IMG/VR virus record: IMGVR_UViG_3300025840_004398
Direction: 5' to 3' (one strand)
DNA length: 64,000 bases
Source: a virus
Taxonomy: Duplodnaviria; Caudoviricetes
How positions within the stretch are numbered: position 1 is the stretch's first letter; the number at the start of each line of letters is the position of its first letter. Positions 36,316 through 46,779 of this stretch are shown piece after piece. The position numbers and the translations under genes were made by a program. The notes under the pieces were generated by a model. The model saw only the letters and a program-made list of their open reading frames with translations. It was not told where the DNA came from and searched no databases.

Positions 36316-39300
36316 ATGAGTAAACTTTCACAATATCTCGTAGAGCAAATGCTCTTAGAGGATGTAAATCCTATTAAGAAGGTCGTAGTAATTTATGGAG
36401 GCAGATTTCAACCATTCCATAAAGGACACTATGGTACTTATCAACACCTTGTCAAAAAATTCGGTAAAGATAACGTTTTTATCAGTACTTCAAACAAAGT
36501 AGAAAAACCAAAATCACCTTTTAACTTCAAAGAAAAGGTTAAGATTATGACTACTATGTTCAATATACCTAAATCAAAAATAGTACAGGTAAAAAACAAC
36601 TATGCACCGAAAGAAATCCTCGATAAATACGATAAAGAAACAACCGCCTTCGTAACTGTTGTTGGTATGAAAGATAAAAGTAGATTAGGTGGAAAGTATT
36701 TTAGACCTTGGAAGGGTGAGGCAGAAGTTGGTTATGAAGAAGGTGGATATGTGTACGCTGCACCATCACAAACCAATTCAGTTAGTGGTACTGAAGTACG
36801 AAACGGAATGTCAATGGGTTCTGATGACCAAAAAGAAAACTTTTTTACAAATAGAGCATATGGAAAGTTTAATAAGACAATCTTTAAGATGATTACTGAT
36901 AAACTGAATGAAGGTATCGCGATTCCTAAAGAAATTATTGAAGAATGGCTCATCAATGAGAGTTCTAACTTAGGTGGAAATGGTGGAAGAGATATTGATG
37001 ATGGTCCAAACTTCTTTATACCAAATTACGATGTATTCCAACGAGTATCTGCAAAAAGAGCAGCTAAGATTGGATATGAAGTGGTAAATATGATTACTTC
37101 AAAAGAAATTGAAGATTATTATGACCACCCAACTTATCCTGATGGACCTGTTAAAGCAGTTTCCTTCTTCCCTGCAGGTGTTATCGGTAACTTATCATCA
37201 AACAACCAAGTTGATATCTATTCAAGTGGTGCATACTCACAATGGTTTAAACACGCAACTCGTAAAGCTGCTTTAGCAGGATATCAATTAGTAAATTCTC
37301 TTGCTTCCAAAGAAGATATTACCCAAGATAAAAAAGTTGCAGGTGATGGAGCAAAAGGTGATAAAGAATTAAAGGATGAATTCGAAAAATCAATAAACGA
37401 AGCAATTACCTTACCAGTATCAGTTGGTGATACTATCTTAACTGGTAGATTTAAGAATAAAAAGGTAGTTGTTAAATCAATTGGTAAAGATGAACATGGT
37501 ATGCCAACCATCAATGGTAAAAAAGTAGTAACTTTCAGATTAATGAAAGAAGGATTCGTTACTGAACTTGCTGGAACTGCAGTTAGATGTGAAAAATGTA
37601 ATCATTCTTGGGATATAGAAGAAGATGATGATGAAAAATATCTATGTCATTCTTGTGGATGGGATTCACAACAACAAGAGTACGATTATGATGCATTTGA
37701 TTCATGGGCAGAAAAAAGTGGATTGTTTGAATCAATAGAAGAAGAAATAGATGAAAGAGGTGGTAAACTAAGACCAGCAGATATCCTAAGAAGAAAAGCT
37801 GCAAGAGCTGGTAAGAGAGCACAAATAGCAAGAAGAAGAAAAAGAACAATGATGAGAAAAAAACCTCTTGCAAAACTTAAAAAGATTGCCTACAAGATGG
37901 CATACAGACAAGTTTATGATGAATTTGCCCAAGAATTGTTCCCAAATACACCTAAATCAGATTTAACTATTCAACAAACTAAAGTTATTCACAGAAATGT
38001 ACTTAGAAAGAAAAAAAGAGTACTAAAAAGAGCAAGATTTAGATTCTTACCTGCTTTACGAGATAAAGAGTCTGAAAAGTTTGGTGGAAAAACTAACATT
38101 TCATTTGATAAACCAAAAGAAACCAACGAACAACTTGCAAAAGGAATGAGTTTAAAGGATATTGCTGATAAACATGGAGTTTCGTTTGAAGAATTATCAA
38201 AAGAAGCTAAAAAAGGTGTTAAAGTTGAAATGGAACATACTTCAGATGTGAAACAAGCATATAATATTGCAAAAGACCACTTATTTGAGGACCCAAAATA
38301 CTACACCAAACTTGCAACCATAGAAGAACTTGCTCCGCATGGATATCCAGACCAAAAATGGATGGATAATCACGAAAAAGAACTCAAAAAGTTGAGAACC
38401 ACAATGGATAAACAACAAAAAGAGTTCTATAAAGAACATATAAACGAATCAAACCTCCTAATGGAAGGTGGTGCGTACGGACACATGAACCACCCATTCG
38501 ATACTGATATCAATTTAACCTTTGGACAACTAAAAGATATCGTAAACAGAGCACTAGAAGGTAACTTAGAGTTAGCAAGAGAGAAAACTGATGGTCAAGC
38601 TCTTGCAATTTCATGGAGAGATGGTAGATTAGTAGCAGCAAGAAACAAAGGACACCTAAAAAACAGAGGTGAGAACGCTTTAGACATCAAAGGAGTAGCT
38701 GATAAGTTCGCTGGTAGAGGTGAATTAGAAAAGGCTTATAACTTTGCAATGCAAGACCTTTCAAAAGCAATAAGTTCACTTACTGAAAAACAAAGAAACA
38801 AGATTTTTAGAGGTGGAAGTTGTTTTATGAACCTTGAAGTAATATATCCATCCAATGCAAACGTAATTCCTTATGGTCAAGCGTTACTTGTGTTCCATGG
38901 AACGATGGAATATAATGATGAGGGTGTTGCAATTGGTGAAAATCAAGAAGCAGCAACTATTTTAGCGGGTATGATTAAACAAGTTAATCAAAATGTACAA
39001 GACAATTATACTATACAAGGTCCTCCTGTAATAAAATTGCCAAAATCACAAAACCTTTCATCAAAAAAATCAATATATACATCTAAAATCTCTAAATTAC
39101 AAAAAGAATTTAAATTAAAGGACACCGATGGAGTTGGTAATTACCACCAATCATGGTGGGAACAGTGGGTAGACAAAAATTCACCTTCATCCTTAGATAA
39201 TAGAACAAAAATGGGTCTTGTTAAAAGATGGGCTTTCTATGATAAAGGATTTAGAATCGATAAAAATAACATAAAAGACGAAAAAACTTTAAATTGGGCA

Positions 39301-39669
39301 TTAAAAACGGATAAAGAGGACCAACAGAAGATTGCTAAGAAAAATTTGATGAAATTCGAAGATATTTTCTTAGGTTTAGGAGCAGAGGTATTACAATTTA
39401 CTTCATCAGTACTAACTGTGAACCCTGATAAGGCAGTTCGTGATATGAAGAAACGAATTGATAAGACAATAAAGGATGTTAGAAAATCAGGTGACCCAAA
39501 AAAGATAGAAAAACTTAAATTAGAACTTCAAAGATTAAAATCTATTGGTGGAAAGGACAAAATAGTACCTAATGAGGGTATTGTGTTTGTTTATAACGGA
39601 AGTACCTTTAAGTTAACAGGAACATTCGCTCCTGTTAATCAATTATTAGGTATTTTCATGAGAGGATAG
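36316..39669 (+). CDS. Multidomain protein: HIGH nucleotidyltransferase + Zn ribbon + DUF5661-like module + ligase-fold (KxDG) domain
   Basis: YGGRFQPFHKGH; CEKC...CHSC; KGVKVEMEH...IAKDHLFEDPKYYTKL; EGGAYGHMNHP...EKTDG...NEGIVF...FKLTG. Track start is TTG 36310. Confidence 0.7.
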   Translation: MSKLSQYLVEQMLLEDVNPIKKVVVIYGGRFQPFHKGHYGTYQHLVKKFGKDNVFISTSNKVEKPKSPFNFKEKVKIMTTMFNIPKSKIVQVKNNYAPKEILDKYDKETTAFVTVVGMKDKSRLGGKYFRPWKGEAEVGYEEGGYVYAAPSQTNSVSGTEVRNGMSMGSDDQKENFFTNRAYGKFNKTIFKMITDKLNEGIAIPKEIIEEWLINESSNLGGNGGRDIDDGPNFFIPNYDVFQRVSAKRAAKIGYEVVNMITSKEIEDYYDHPTYPDGPVKAVSFFPAGVIGNLSSNNQVDIYSSGAYSQWFKHATRKAALAGYQLVNSLASKEDITQDKKVAGDGAKGDKELKDEFEKSINEAITLPVSVGDTILTGRFKNKKVVVKSIGKDEHGMPTINGKKVVTFRLMKEGFVTELAGTAVRCEKCNHSWDIEEDDDEKYLCHSCGWDSQQQEYDYDAFDSWAEKSGLFESIEEEIDERGGKLRPADILRRKAARAGKRAQIARRRKRTMMRKKPLAKLKKIAYKMAYRQVYDEFAQELFPNTPKSDLTIQQTKVIHRNVLRKKKRVLKRARFRFLPALRDKESEKFGGKTNISFDKPKETNEQLAKGMSLKDIADKHGVSFEELSKEAKKGVKVEMEHTSDVKQAYNIAKDHLFEDPKYYTKLATIEELAPHGYPDQKWMDNHEKELKKLRTTMDKQQKEFYKEHINESNLLMEGGAYGHMNHPFDTDINLTFGQLKDIVNRALEGNLELAREKTDGQALAISWRDGRLVAARNKGHLKNRGENALDIKGVADKFAGRGELEKAYNFAMQDLSKAISSLTEKQRNKIFRGGSCFMNLEVIYPSNANVIPYGQALLVFHGTMEYNDEGVAIGENQEAATILAGMIKQVNQNVQDNYTIQGPPVIKLPKSQNLSSKKSIYTSKISKLQKEFKLKDTDGVGNYHQSWWEQWVDKNSPSSLDNRTKMGLVKRWAFYDKGFRIDKNNIKDEKTLNWALKTDKEDQQKIAKKNLMKFEDIFLGLGAEVLQFTSSVLTVNPDKAVRDMKKRIDKTIKDVRKSGDPKKIEKLKLELQRLKSIGGKDKIVPNEGIVFVYNGSTFKLTGTFAPVNQLLGIFMRG

Positions 39670-39688
39670 TGTTTTTCCAATTATTATA

Positions 39689-39696
39689 TATTTATA
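39689..39696 (+). promoter_or_regulatory. TATTTATA putative late-promoter motif
   Basis: Exact motif 27 nt before ATG 39724. Confidence 0.55.
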
Positions 39697-39723
39697 TATA
39701 AAATTATAACCTAATATATAACA

Positions 39724-40383
39724 ATGGGTAAAGAATTCAAAAAGAAATATATGCACCCAACTCGTAGAAAGTTGGTAGATATGGTTCATACTGGAAAGTA
39801 TGACAAAAATGCAACTATTGGGTACGAGGGTAAGAAAGAAACTCGTAAAGTAGGTGATGTGTGGGAAGATGAACACCACAGATACGAAAAGAAAGAAGGA
39901 TTCATTGTAAAGACAGGAAAAAACTCTGAAGAATTCCAAAAAATTAGAGAATATCTAAGACAAAAATCAGAATGTAAAAATTCTGATTGTAAAACCATAA
40001 AAATAACCAAAAAAGATAAACAATTTATCGAAAAAGGTGGTTATTGTATGAATTGTACAATTGATAGAGAACATATCATTAAAACATCCGGTCTTTGGAA
40101 AGAATATGAAACATATAAGGTAACTACTCGTATGATAATCTTCGGAAAGACGAAATTAGATGCATATAGACAATCACTTGATGATTTAAAAGAAGAATAC
40201 GAAATGGTTGGTTCCGAAGGAAAAGTTACAGAAACTTGGAAACTACCAAAACCTATTGAAGAAGTTCGTTCTGAGATAAACGAATTAATTTATAGTGGAA
40301 GTATAGAGATAGAGGTTTTAGAAAAAGACAGAACTCAAGCTTTCGAGAAGTTACGAGAAGCTAACATGGAGCATTATTTATGA
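39724..40383 (+). CDS. Hypothetical protein with possible Zn-binding Cys motifs
   Basis: CKNSDC and GYCMNC; clean ORF coupled to the next gene. Confidence 0.6.
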   Translation: MGKEFKKKYMHPTRRKLVDMVHTGKYDKNATIGYEGKKETRKVGDVWEDEHHRYEKKEGFIVKTGKNSEEFQKIREYLRQKSECKNSDCKTIKITKKDKQFIEKGGYCMNCTIDREHIIKTSGLWKEYETYKVTTRMIIFGKTKLDAYRQSLDDLKEEYEMVGSEGKVTETWKLPKPIEEVRSEINELIYSGSIEIEVLEKDRTQAFEKLREANMEHYL

Positions 40384-40754
40384 GTGGTACAAGATACACA
40401 AATGCGTTAATCGTTATCTGTATGACCTTTTTGGCATTCACCCTATTCAATGTCAGAGGTTTAAAAACAGATATTCAAGGTTTCAATGAAAGAATTGATA
40501 ACATTGGAGCTGAAATAGATTCTATCCAAACTATGAACAAGGAATTGGATGGTTTAATAGAATCGTTACACACAGAACTCGAACTAATCGATGGTGATAT
40601 AGATAGAGTACAAAACAACATTTTTACAATAAGGAGAAATACAGATGAGAAAAAGAATTCTGTTGATAATCTTACTATTAGTGAGCTTCAAGAGTTTTTC
40701 GCAAAACGATACGATAGTATCCTTACGAGAACCAGTAGCGAAACTAGTAATTAA
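40380..40754 (+). CDS. Membrane-anchored coiled-coil protein (i-spanin/Rz-like candidate)
   Basis: N-terminal hydrophobic ALIVICMTFLAFTLF followed by a heptad coiled coil. Confidence 0.5.
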   Translation: MSGTRYTNALIVICMTFLAFTLFNVRGLKTDIQGFNERIDNIGAEIDSIQTMNKELDGLIESLHTELELIDGDIDRVQNNIFTIRRNTDEKKNSVDNLTISELQEFFAKRYDSILTRTSSETSN

Positions 40755-41046
40755 AGATTTAATTGAAGGTGATGGTACTAAAGTAGAGTTAATCTCTACA
40801 TTGGAACTCTTAAAATTAGAACAAAAGAAAGTTGTTTTAAAAGATTCTGTTATTGGTACTCTAAACATCAAAGTTCTAAACTTAGAAGATATCATTGGTA
40901 AGAAAGATGAACAATTCAGTTTAGAAAGAGAGAAATCTGAACAATTAGAAAAAGAACTAAAAGGACAAAGAAGAAAAACCTTCTTGTATAAGGTAGGAAC
41001 CTACATTGGTGCAGGAGCACTTCTTGTTTTATTAGGAACAAACTAA
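40645..41046 (+). CDS. Exported coiled-coil protein with C-terminal TM segment (spanin-partner candidate)
   Basis: SD AAGGAG at 40631. Signal peptide MRKRILLIILLLVSFKSFS/Q, coiled coil, C-terminal VGTYIGAGALLVLLG. Overlaps the previous ORF by 110 nt in another frame. Confidence 0.5.
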   Translation: MRKRILLIILLLVSFKSFSQNDTIVSLREPVAKLVIKDLIEGDGTKVELISTLELLKLEQKKVVLKDSVIGTLNIKVLNLEDIIGKKDEQFSLEREKSEQLEKELKGQRRKTFLYKVGTYIGAGALLVLLGTN

Positions 41047-41047
41047 T

Positions 41048-42640
41048 ATGGCTAAACAAAGTTTAAAGGAAATAATAAAAATTGAGTACCAGAAGTGTGC
41101 ATCAGACCCAATATACTTCATGAAGAAGTATTGTATGATACAACATCCTGTTCGTGGTAAAATTCCTTTTCACTTATACCAATTCCAAGAAAGAACCCTT
41201 ACTCAATTTAAAGACCATCGATATAACATTATCCTCAAATCAAGACAGACGGGTATTTCAACTTTAACTGCTGGATTTTCATTATGGAAGATGTTATTTA
41301 ACCAAGATTTTAACGTATTGGTAATTGCAACTAAACAAGAGGTTGCGAAAAACTTGGTTACCAAGGTTCGAGTGATGAATCAGTATTTACCTTCTTGGTT
41401 AAAACAAACAACAGTAGAAGATAACAAACTATCCTTACGATACTCCAATGGTTCTCAGATTAAAGCAACATCTGCAGCAGGTGATGCTGGTCGTTCTGAA
41501 GCACTATCCTTATTGGTATTTGATGAGGCTGCATTCATCGATAAGATTGAAGAAATTTGGGTATCTGCACAATCTACCTTATCAACGGGTGGTAATGCAA
41601 TTATCTTATCTACTCCAAATGGGGTGGGTAACTTCTTCCACAAAACTTGGGTGGGTGCAGAAGATGGTACAAACACATTCAACACTATTCGTTTACATTG
41701 GTCAGTTCATCCAGAACGAGACCAAACATGGAGAGATGAACAAGAGGTACTATTAGGACCAAAAGGAGCAGCACAAGAATGTGATTGTGATTTCGTAAGT
41801 TCGGGTGATACTGTTATCGACCCACAACTTCTAATGTTCTACAAAGAATCATTCGTACAAGAACCGATGGAGAAAACAGGTTTCGATGGAAACCTTTGGA
41901 AATGGGAATACCCAAACTATCAGAAATCTTATATGGTCGTTGCCGATGTTGCTCGTGGAGATTCTGCCGATTTCTCGGCATGTCATGTAATCGATATAGA
42001 AGAATCCTCACAAGTTGCTGAATATAAAGGTAAGTTAGATACAAAAGATTTTGGAAACTTCCTTGTATCTCTTGCTACTGATTACAACAACGCTCTACTT
42101 GTAATTGAAAACGCGAATATTGGTTGGGCAGTAATCCAACAAGTAATTGATAGAGGGTATGGAAATCTTTTCTATATGAGTAAAGATTTAAAGTATGTAG
42201 ATGTAGAAAATCAGTTACATAACAAATACAATAGAGAAGAAAGAAACATGACAGCAGGTTTCTCTACAACTTCTAAAACACGACCCCTAATTATCTCAAA
42301 GTTGGAACAGTATGTTAGAGAAAAAGAAATTACCATTCGTTCTTCAAGAACCATAGATGAGTTATTTACATTTATATGGAATGGTAATCGTGCAGAGGCA
42401 ATGAGAGGATATAACGATGATTTAACGATGTCTTTAGCAATTTCACTATGGGTAAGGGATACTGCACTCAGATTAAGACAAGAGGGAGTTGATTTAACTA
42501 AACAAGCATTGGGTGGTATTGGAGCACACTCATTAGATGTTGCAGGAATGGGATTTGGTGGTAATTCAGCATTAGAAGAAAATCCTTGGAATATGAGAGT
42601 TGGTGATAGAAATGAAGATTTAACTTGGTTAATTAAATAA
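41048..42640 (+). CDS. terL: Terminase large subunit (T4 gp17-like)
   Basis: HPVRGKIPF, Walker A KSRQTGIST, Walker B LVFDEAAF, STPNG, nuclease ADVARG and DDLTMSLA. Confidence 0.95.
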   Translation: MAKQSLKEIIKIEYQKCASDPIYFMKKYCMIQHPVRGKIPFHLYQFQERTLTQFKDHRYNIILKSRQTGISTLTAGFSLWKMLFNQDFNVLVIATKQEVAKNLVTKVRVMNQYLPSWLKQTTVEDNKLSLRYSNGSQIKATSAAGDAGRSEALSLLVFDEAAFIDKIEEIWVSAQSTLSTGGNAIILSTPNGVGNFFHKTWVGAEDGTNTFNTIRLHWSVHPERDQTWRDEQEVLLGPKGAAQECDCDFVSSGDTVIDPQLLMFYKESFVQEPMEKTGFDGNLWKWEYPNYQKSYMVVADVARGDSADFSACHVIDIEESSQVAEYKGKLDTKDFGNFLVSLATDYNNALLVIENANIGWAVIQQVIDRGYGNLFYMSKDLKYVDVENQLHNKYNREERNMTAGFSTTSKTRPLIISKLEQYVREKEITIRSSRTIDELFTFIWNGNRAEAMRGYNDDLTMSLAISLWVRDTALRLRQEGVDLTKQALGGIGAHSLDVAGMGFGGNSALEENPWNMRVGDRNEDLTWLIK

Positions 42641-42645
42641 CTCTA

Positions 42646-42653
42646 TATTTATA
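42646..42653 (+). promoter_or_regulatory. TATTTATA putative late-promoter motif
   Basis: Exact motif, then SD AGGAG, then ATG 42670. Confidence 0.6.
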
Positions 42654-42669
42654 CATTAGGAGAATAAAT

Positions 42670-43059
42670 ATGATATCATTACAAGAATTACTTAACGAAG
42701 AAATACACACAGAAGAATATATCGTAGAAAATTATCACGATATTAAAGAATTCTGTGAATTTATGAAAGAATACAAAGATGATATGAATGAGGCAGAGTA
42801 TCAAGGTAGAACAGTAAAACTTGGTAAACCAATGAGAGGTGATGTCAAGAAATTCAAAGTATATGTTAAAAATCCCCAAGGAAACGTTGTAAAAGTAAAT
42901 TTTGGACATGGTGGAACTTCTGCAAAAAAGCAAGGAGAGAAAACAATGAAAATCAAAAAGTCCGACCCTGAAAGAAGAAAGGCATTCAGAGCAAGACACA
43001 ACTGTGATAATCCAGGTCCAAGACACAAAGCAAGATATTGGTCTTGTAGAGCATGGTAA
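42670..43059 (+). CDS. Putative internal head protein with basic RARH-C...RYWSC module
   Basis: N-terminus MISLQELLNE, acidic linker ending MNE, then basic KVNFG...RRKAFRARHNC...ARYWSCRAW. Confidence 0.6.
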   Translation: MISLQELLNEEIHTEEYIVENYHDIKEFCEFMKEYKDDMNEAEYQGRTVKLGKPMRGDVKKFKVYVKNPQGNVVKVNFGHGGTSAKKQGEKTMKIKKSDPERRKAFRARHNCDNPGPRHKARYWSCRAW

Positions 43060-43101
43060 AAACAAAATTAATAAAGGTTATAAATTAAAAAACAATAGAA
43101 A

Positions 43102-44832
43102 ATGGCAGATACTTCATTTTTTGGGAGATTAACAAAACTTTTTCGTTCTCAAGCGGTAGTTACTATCGATAAGGATGGAAAACGTAACGTCTTTGATGGT
43201 GATGAAAGACAACAAACTAACTTGTCATCACTTAGAGATAGATACACCAAATTACAAAAATCTTTCTATGAACAAGCAGGTGGTGCTCAATCAATGGCAT
43301 ACCAACAAGTTCGTAGAGAAGTTTTTCGTGATTACGATGCAATGGATAATGACCCTATCCTTGCTTCTGCACTTGATATCTACGCAGATGAATGTACATT
43401 AAAGAATGAATTTGGAGATGTGATGTTAATTCAGTCAGATAATCCAAAAGTTCAAGAAATTCTTAACAACTTATTCTACGATATTCTTAATGTAGAGTTC
43501 AACCTATGGCCTTGGACAAGAAACTTGGTAAAGTATGGAGATTTCTTCTTAGGTTTAGAAGTTGCAGAAGGTAAAGGTATCGTAAACGTTACTCCACATT
43601 CTGTTTACAATACAGAAAGATTAGAAAGAACAGACCCATCAAATCCAAATTCAGTAAAGTTTAAAATTACTGAGGACCCGAATGGTAAAGAAGAATATGA
43701 AAACTTTGAAATCGCTCACTTTAGATTGTTAGCGGATACTAACTGGTTACCTTATGGTAAATCCATGATTGAGAATGGAAGAAGATTGTGGAAACAATTA
43801 TCTCTAATGGAAGATGCTATGTTAATTCATAGAATCATGAGAGCACCAGAAAAAAGAGTTTTCAAAATTGATATTGGTAATATCCCACCAACAGAAGTGG
43901 ATAACTATATGCAAAGAATCATCAACAAGATGAAGAAAGTTCCTTTCATCGATAGAAATACTGGTGATTATAACTTAAAGTACAATATGCAAAACCTAAC
44001 AGAAGATTTCTATCTTCCTGTTCGTGGTGGTGATAGTGGTACATCTATTGATAATCTCGCAGGTTTGGAGTACGCAACAATCGAAGATATTGATTACTTA
44101 AAGAACAAAATGTTTGCAGCTCTTAAAATTCCAAAAGCATATTTAGGATATGAAGAAAATGTAAATGGTAAAGCAACTCTTGCTGCAGAAGATGTGAGAT
44201 TTGCAAGAACAATCGAAAGAATCCAAAGAACACTTATATCGGAGTTATCTAAAATCGCTATTGTTCACTTATACGCACAAGGTATTCAAGATGCAGAAAT
44301 GACAAACTTTGAATTAAAACTTGTAAACCCATCTACGATTTACGAACAAGAAAGAGTAAACCTTTGGTCAGAAAAAGTTAGATTGGCACAAGATATTGTT
44401 GGTTTAAATATGTTATCTAAAGATTGGGTATATGAAAACATCTTTAAAGTTGCTGAAGGTGAACAAGATGAAGAAAGAACTAAAATCCTTGATGATATTA
44501 AAGATAGATACAGATATCGTATGATTGAAGATGAAGGTAACGACCCTGCAATGGATGATGAAGATGATGTAGATGATATTGAAGAATCTTTAGAGTCACT
44601 AAAACAAGAAATCAAAGATAAGGGTGGTAGACCAAGAGAAGGAAATACATATGGTAAAGATAAACACCCATATGGTAGAGACCCTTTAGGTGATAAAGAA
44701 AGAACTTCTAAAAGAAGTAGAACTTCTGAAGAAAAGGCTATAAAAATTATTAATGGTATAGCGGCAAAACGTAAATATTTACATGAAATGAAAGATATGT
44801 TAGATGAGTCTAACATTCTTGATAACGACTAA
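43102..44832 (+). CDS. Portal protein (T4 gp20-like)
   Basis: PYGKSM...WKQLSLMEDAMLIHRIMRAPEKRVFKIDIGN, EDFYLPVRGG, ALKIPKAYL. Confidence 0.95.
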   Translation: MADTSFFGRLTKLFRSQAVVTIDKDGKRNVFDGDERQQTNLSSLRDRYTKLQKSFYEQAGGAQSMAYQQVRREVFRDYDAMDNDPILASALDIYADECTLKNEFGDVMLIQSDNPKVQEILNNLFYDILNVEFNLWPWTRNLVKYGDFFLGLEVAEGKGIVNVTPHSVYNTERLERTDPSNPNSVKFKITEDPNGKEEYENFEIAHFRLLADTNWLPYGKSMIENGRRLWKQLSLMEDAMLIHRIMRAPEKRVFKIDIGNIPPTEVDNYMQRIINKMKKVPFIDRNTGDYNLKYNMQNLTEDFYLPVRGGDSGTSIDNLAGLEYATIEDIDYLKNKMFAALKIPKAYLGYEENVNGKATLAAEDVRFARTIERIQRTLISELSKIAIVHLYAQGIQDAEMTNFELKLVNPSTIYEQERVNLWSEKVRLAQDIVGLNMLSKDWVYENIFKVAEGEQDEERTKILDDIKDRYRYRMIEDEGNDPAMDDEDDVDDIEESLESLKQEIKDKGGRPREGNTYGKDKHPYGRDPLGDKERTSKRSRTSEEKAIKIINGIAAKRKYLHEMKDMLDESNILDND

Positions 44833-44856
44833 ATTACCTTAACTTTTATAAATTTA

Positions 44857-44864
44857 TATTTATA
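44857..44864 (+). promoter_or_regulatory. TATTTATA putative late-promoter motif
   Basis: Exact motif in the portal-downstream intergenic gap. Confidence 0.5.
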
Positions 44865-44904
44865 ATAGAGTAATTTTATATATTTGTAATTGGAAATTAT
44901 TAAA

Positions 44905-45774
44905 ATGAGAAAAATTAGACATTCAAAATTTAAAAATACGGGTTTTCTGTTTGAAATACTAACCCGTCAGATTACACTCGAAGTCTTGAATGGTGGTGAC
45001 GAAAAAGCTAAAGAAATCGTAAGAGAATTCTTTGGTGGAAAAACTGAACTTGCCAAAGAACTTCGTTTGTTTAATCTATTAATTAACGAAAAATATAACT
45101 CAGAAACCAAAGCTGAAAAATTTATTGATGCTATATTAGAAGCACACACTAAAATCAATTACTCAAAACTTAAAAGAGAAAAATTCAATCTTGTTAAATC
45201 AATTAAAGAAACTTTTGAGATTGATAATCTTTTATCTTCACCTGTTACCAATTATAAAATACTTGCTTCTATTCATAAATTATTCGAAGGTAAAAAGAAC
45301 GATATTCTTGATGTAAAAGATATATTTGATTCTAAACTTACTATCGTTGAACATATTTCCAACTCAACTCCATCTCTTAAACAAAAAGAGGATAAACTTG
45401 TTGAAGATTACAAAAAACAAGAAAAAGATTTAAGATTACTCACTTACAAAATTCTTGTAGAAACTTTCAACAACAAATATACTAATTTAAATGATTCACA
45501 AAAATCATTATTAAGAGAGTATATTAACAACATTACTAATACATCGAAATTCGGTGAGTACTTTGAGAAAGAATTGATTAGTACAATCACAGAATTACAC
45601 GATTTGTATAAAGGAATGAAGGATAAGATTACAAAAATTAAATTGCGTGAAACTATTAATGTTTTGAAAAAACAAAAACTCGGTAAAAAAATTACTGATG
45701 AACAAGTTTCAGCTTTAATGATGTCTTATGAATTAGTAAAGGAGATAAAAAGTGTCAATGGAAAGATATCTTAA
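44905..45774 (+). CDS. Hypothetical helical protein in the head module
   Basis: Long ORF (track start TTG 44890; ATG at 44905, MRKIRHSKFKNTG) between portal and protease. Confidence 0.65.
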   Translation: MRKIRHSKFKNTGFLFEILTRQITLEVLNGGDEKAKEIVREFFGGKTELAKELRLFNLLINEKYNSETKAEKFIDAILEAHTKINYSKLKREKFNLVKSIKETFEIDNLLSSPVTNYKILASIHKLFEGKKNDILDVKDIFDSKLTIVEHISNSTPSLKQKEDKLVEDYKKQEKDLRLLTYKILVETFNNKYTNLNDSQKSLLREYINNITNTSKFGEYFEKELISTITELHDLYKGMKDKITKIKLRETINVLKKQKLGKKITDEQVSALMMSYELVKEIKSVNGKIS

Positions 45775-46462
45775 TGAACTTATCGATGAACTAATTCAAG
45801 AAATTGAACAAGAATTAGATGAAACAAATGCAACAGGCAATATTGCTGGGTATAATGTGCCTGGTGCTTTTTCTAATGGTGGTTCTAAAGATAAAAAAAG
45901 AAAGAAAAAAATCTCAACTCAATTTGGAATGAAAATTGTTGGTAAAATCGATGAAGATGGAATCAACGAAGCAATAACAAAAATCTCTTCTTCTAACTTT
46001 AAAAAACTTGAAGCAGGTATTAAGAAAATAAACCCAAGAATTAAAATTTCTTTAAACTCATCTGCACCTGGTGGATTTGAAATCCAAATACCAGATGATA
46101 GTAAATGGGAACTACATACTGATAAAGTTCAACAACTAACTACCAAAATTACAGGTGACCATAGAAATGGTAGAATCTTTTACGAAGGTATCAATGAAGC
46201 TAAAGTAAAAAGACCAGTAAATCGTTGGTTAGAATTAAAAAACGATGAAACCATGCATCCTCACAAGAAGATGGCAATGGGTTTAAAAGAATTAAAATAC
46301 CAATTACGAGAAGTAGAGAAGTTTTTCTCTTGGTACAATAAAATCAAAACCATGAACGAGTTGGACTCTCAGAACTATTGGAAAAGAACAAATAATCATA
46401 TTTATAAGATAAAGGAGAGGTTAATCAACATCGCCAAAACTATAAAGGAAATCGAAAAATGA
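45752..46462 (+). CDS. Putative internal head/prohead core protein
   Basis: GTG start with GGAG 7 nt upstream. Acidic leader ending ELDE, then TNATGNIAGYNVPGAF; two internal GINEA motifs. Confidence 0.6.
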   Translation: MSMERYLNELIDELIQEIEQELDETNATGNIAGYNVPGAFSNGGSKDKKRKKKISTQFGMKIVGKIDEDGINEAITKISSSNFKKLEAGIKKINPRIKISLNSSAPGGFEIQIPDDSKWELHTDKVQQLTTKITGDHRNGRIFYEGINEAKVKRPVNRWLELKNDETMHPHKKMAMGLKELKYQLREVEKFFSWYNKIKTMNELDSQNYWKRTNNHIYKIKERLINIAKTIKEIEK

Positions 46463-46779
46463 AAATATCAAGAGATAGATTAAAAGAAATCGTTAGAGAA
46501 GTGATGGTTGAAGAAACCGAATATCAAGCATTCTTCAAAAAAGCATTAGAAAAAGCTGGAAAATCAATTCCACAAATGTCTGATGAAGAAAAGAAGGCAT
46601 TCTTTAATAAAATCGATGCTACTTGGAAAGGTAGAGGAGAAAAGAACGAAAGATTTGGTAGAGGGCACGAAGGACCTACATTTGGTTCTGCAGATGAACA
46701 AGTATCTGAATTAACAGATGCTCAGAAAAAACTACCACCAGCACTTCAAAAGGCAATTGAGAAAAAAGAAAAAAAATAA
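46459..46779 (+). CDS. Putative internal head protein
   Basis: MKISRDRLKEIVREVMVEE leader; ends in ELTDAQKKLPPALQKAI. Confidence 0.6.
   Translation: MKISRDRLKEIVREVMVEETEYQAFFKKALEKAGKSIPQMSDEEKKAFFNKIDATWKGRGEKNERFGRGHEGPTFGSADEQVSELTDAQKKLPPALQKAIEKKEKK

Noticed and set aside
39724-40383. Small terminase subunit
   Set aside because: Only its position near terL suggests it; no recognisable gp16-like motif.
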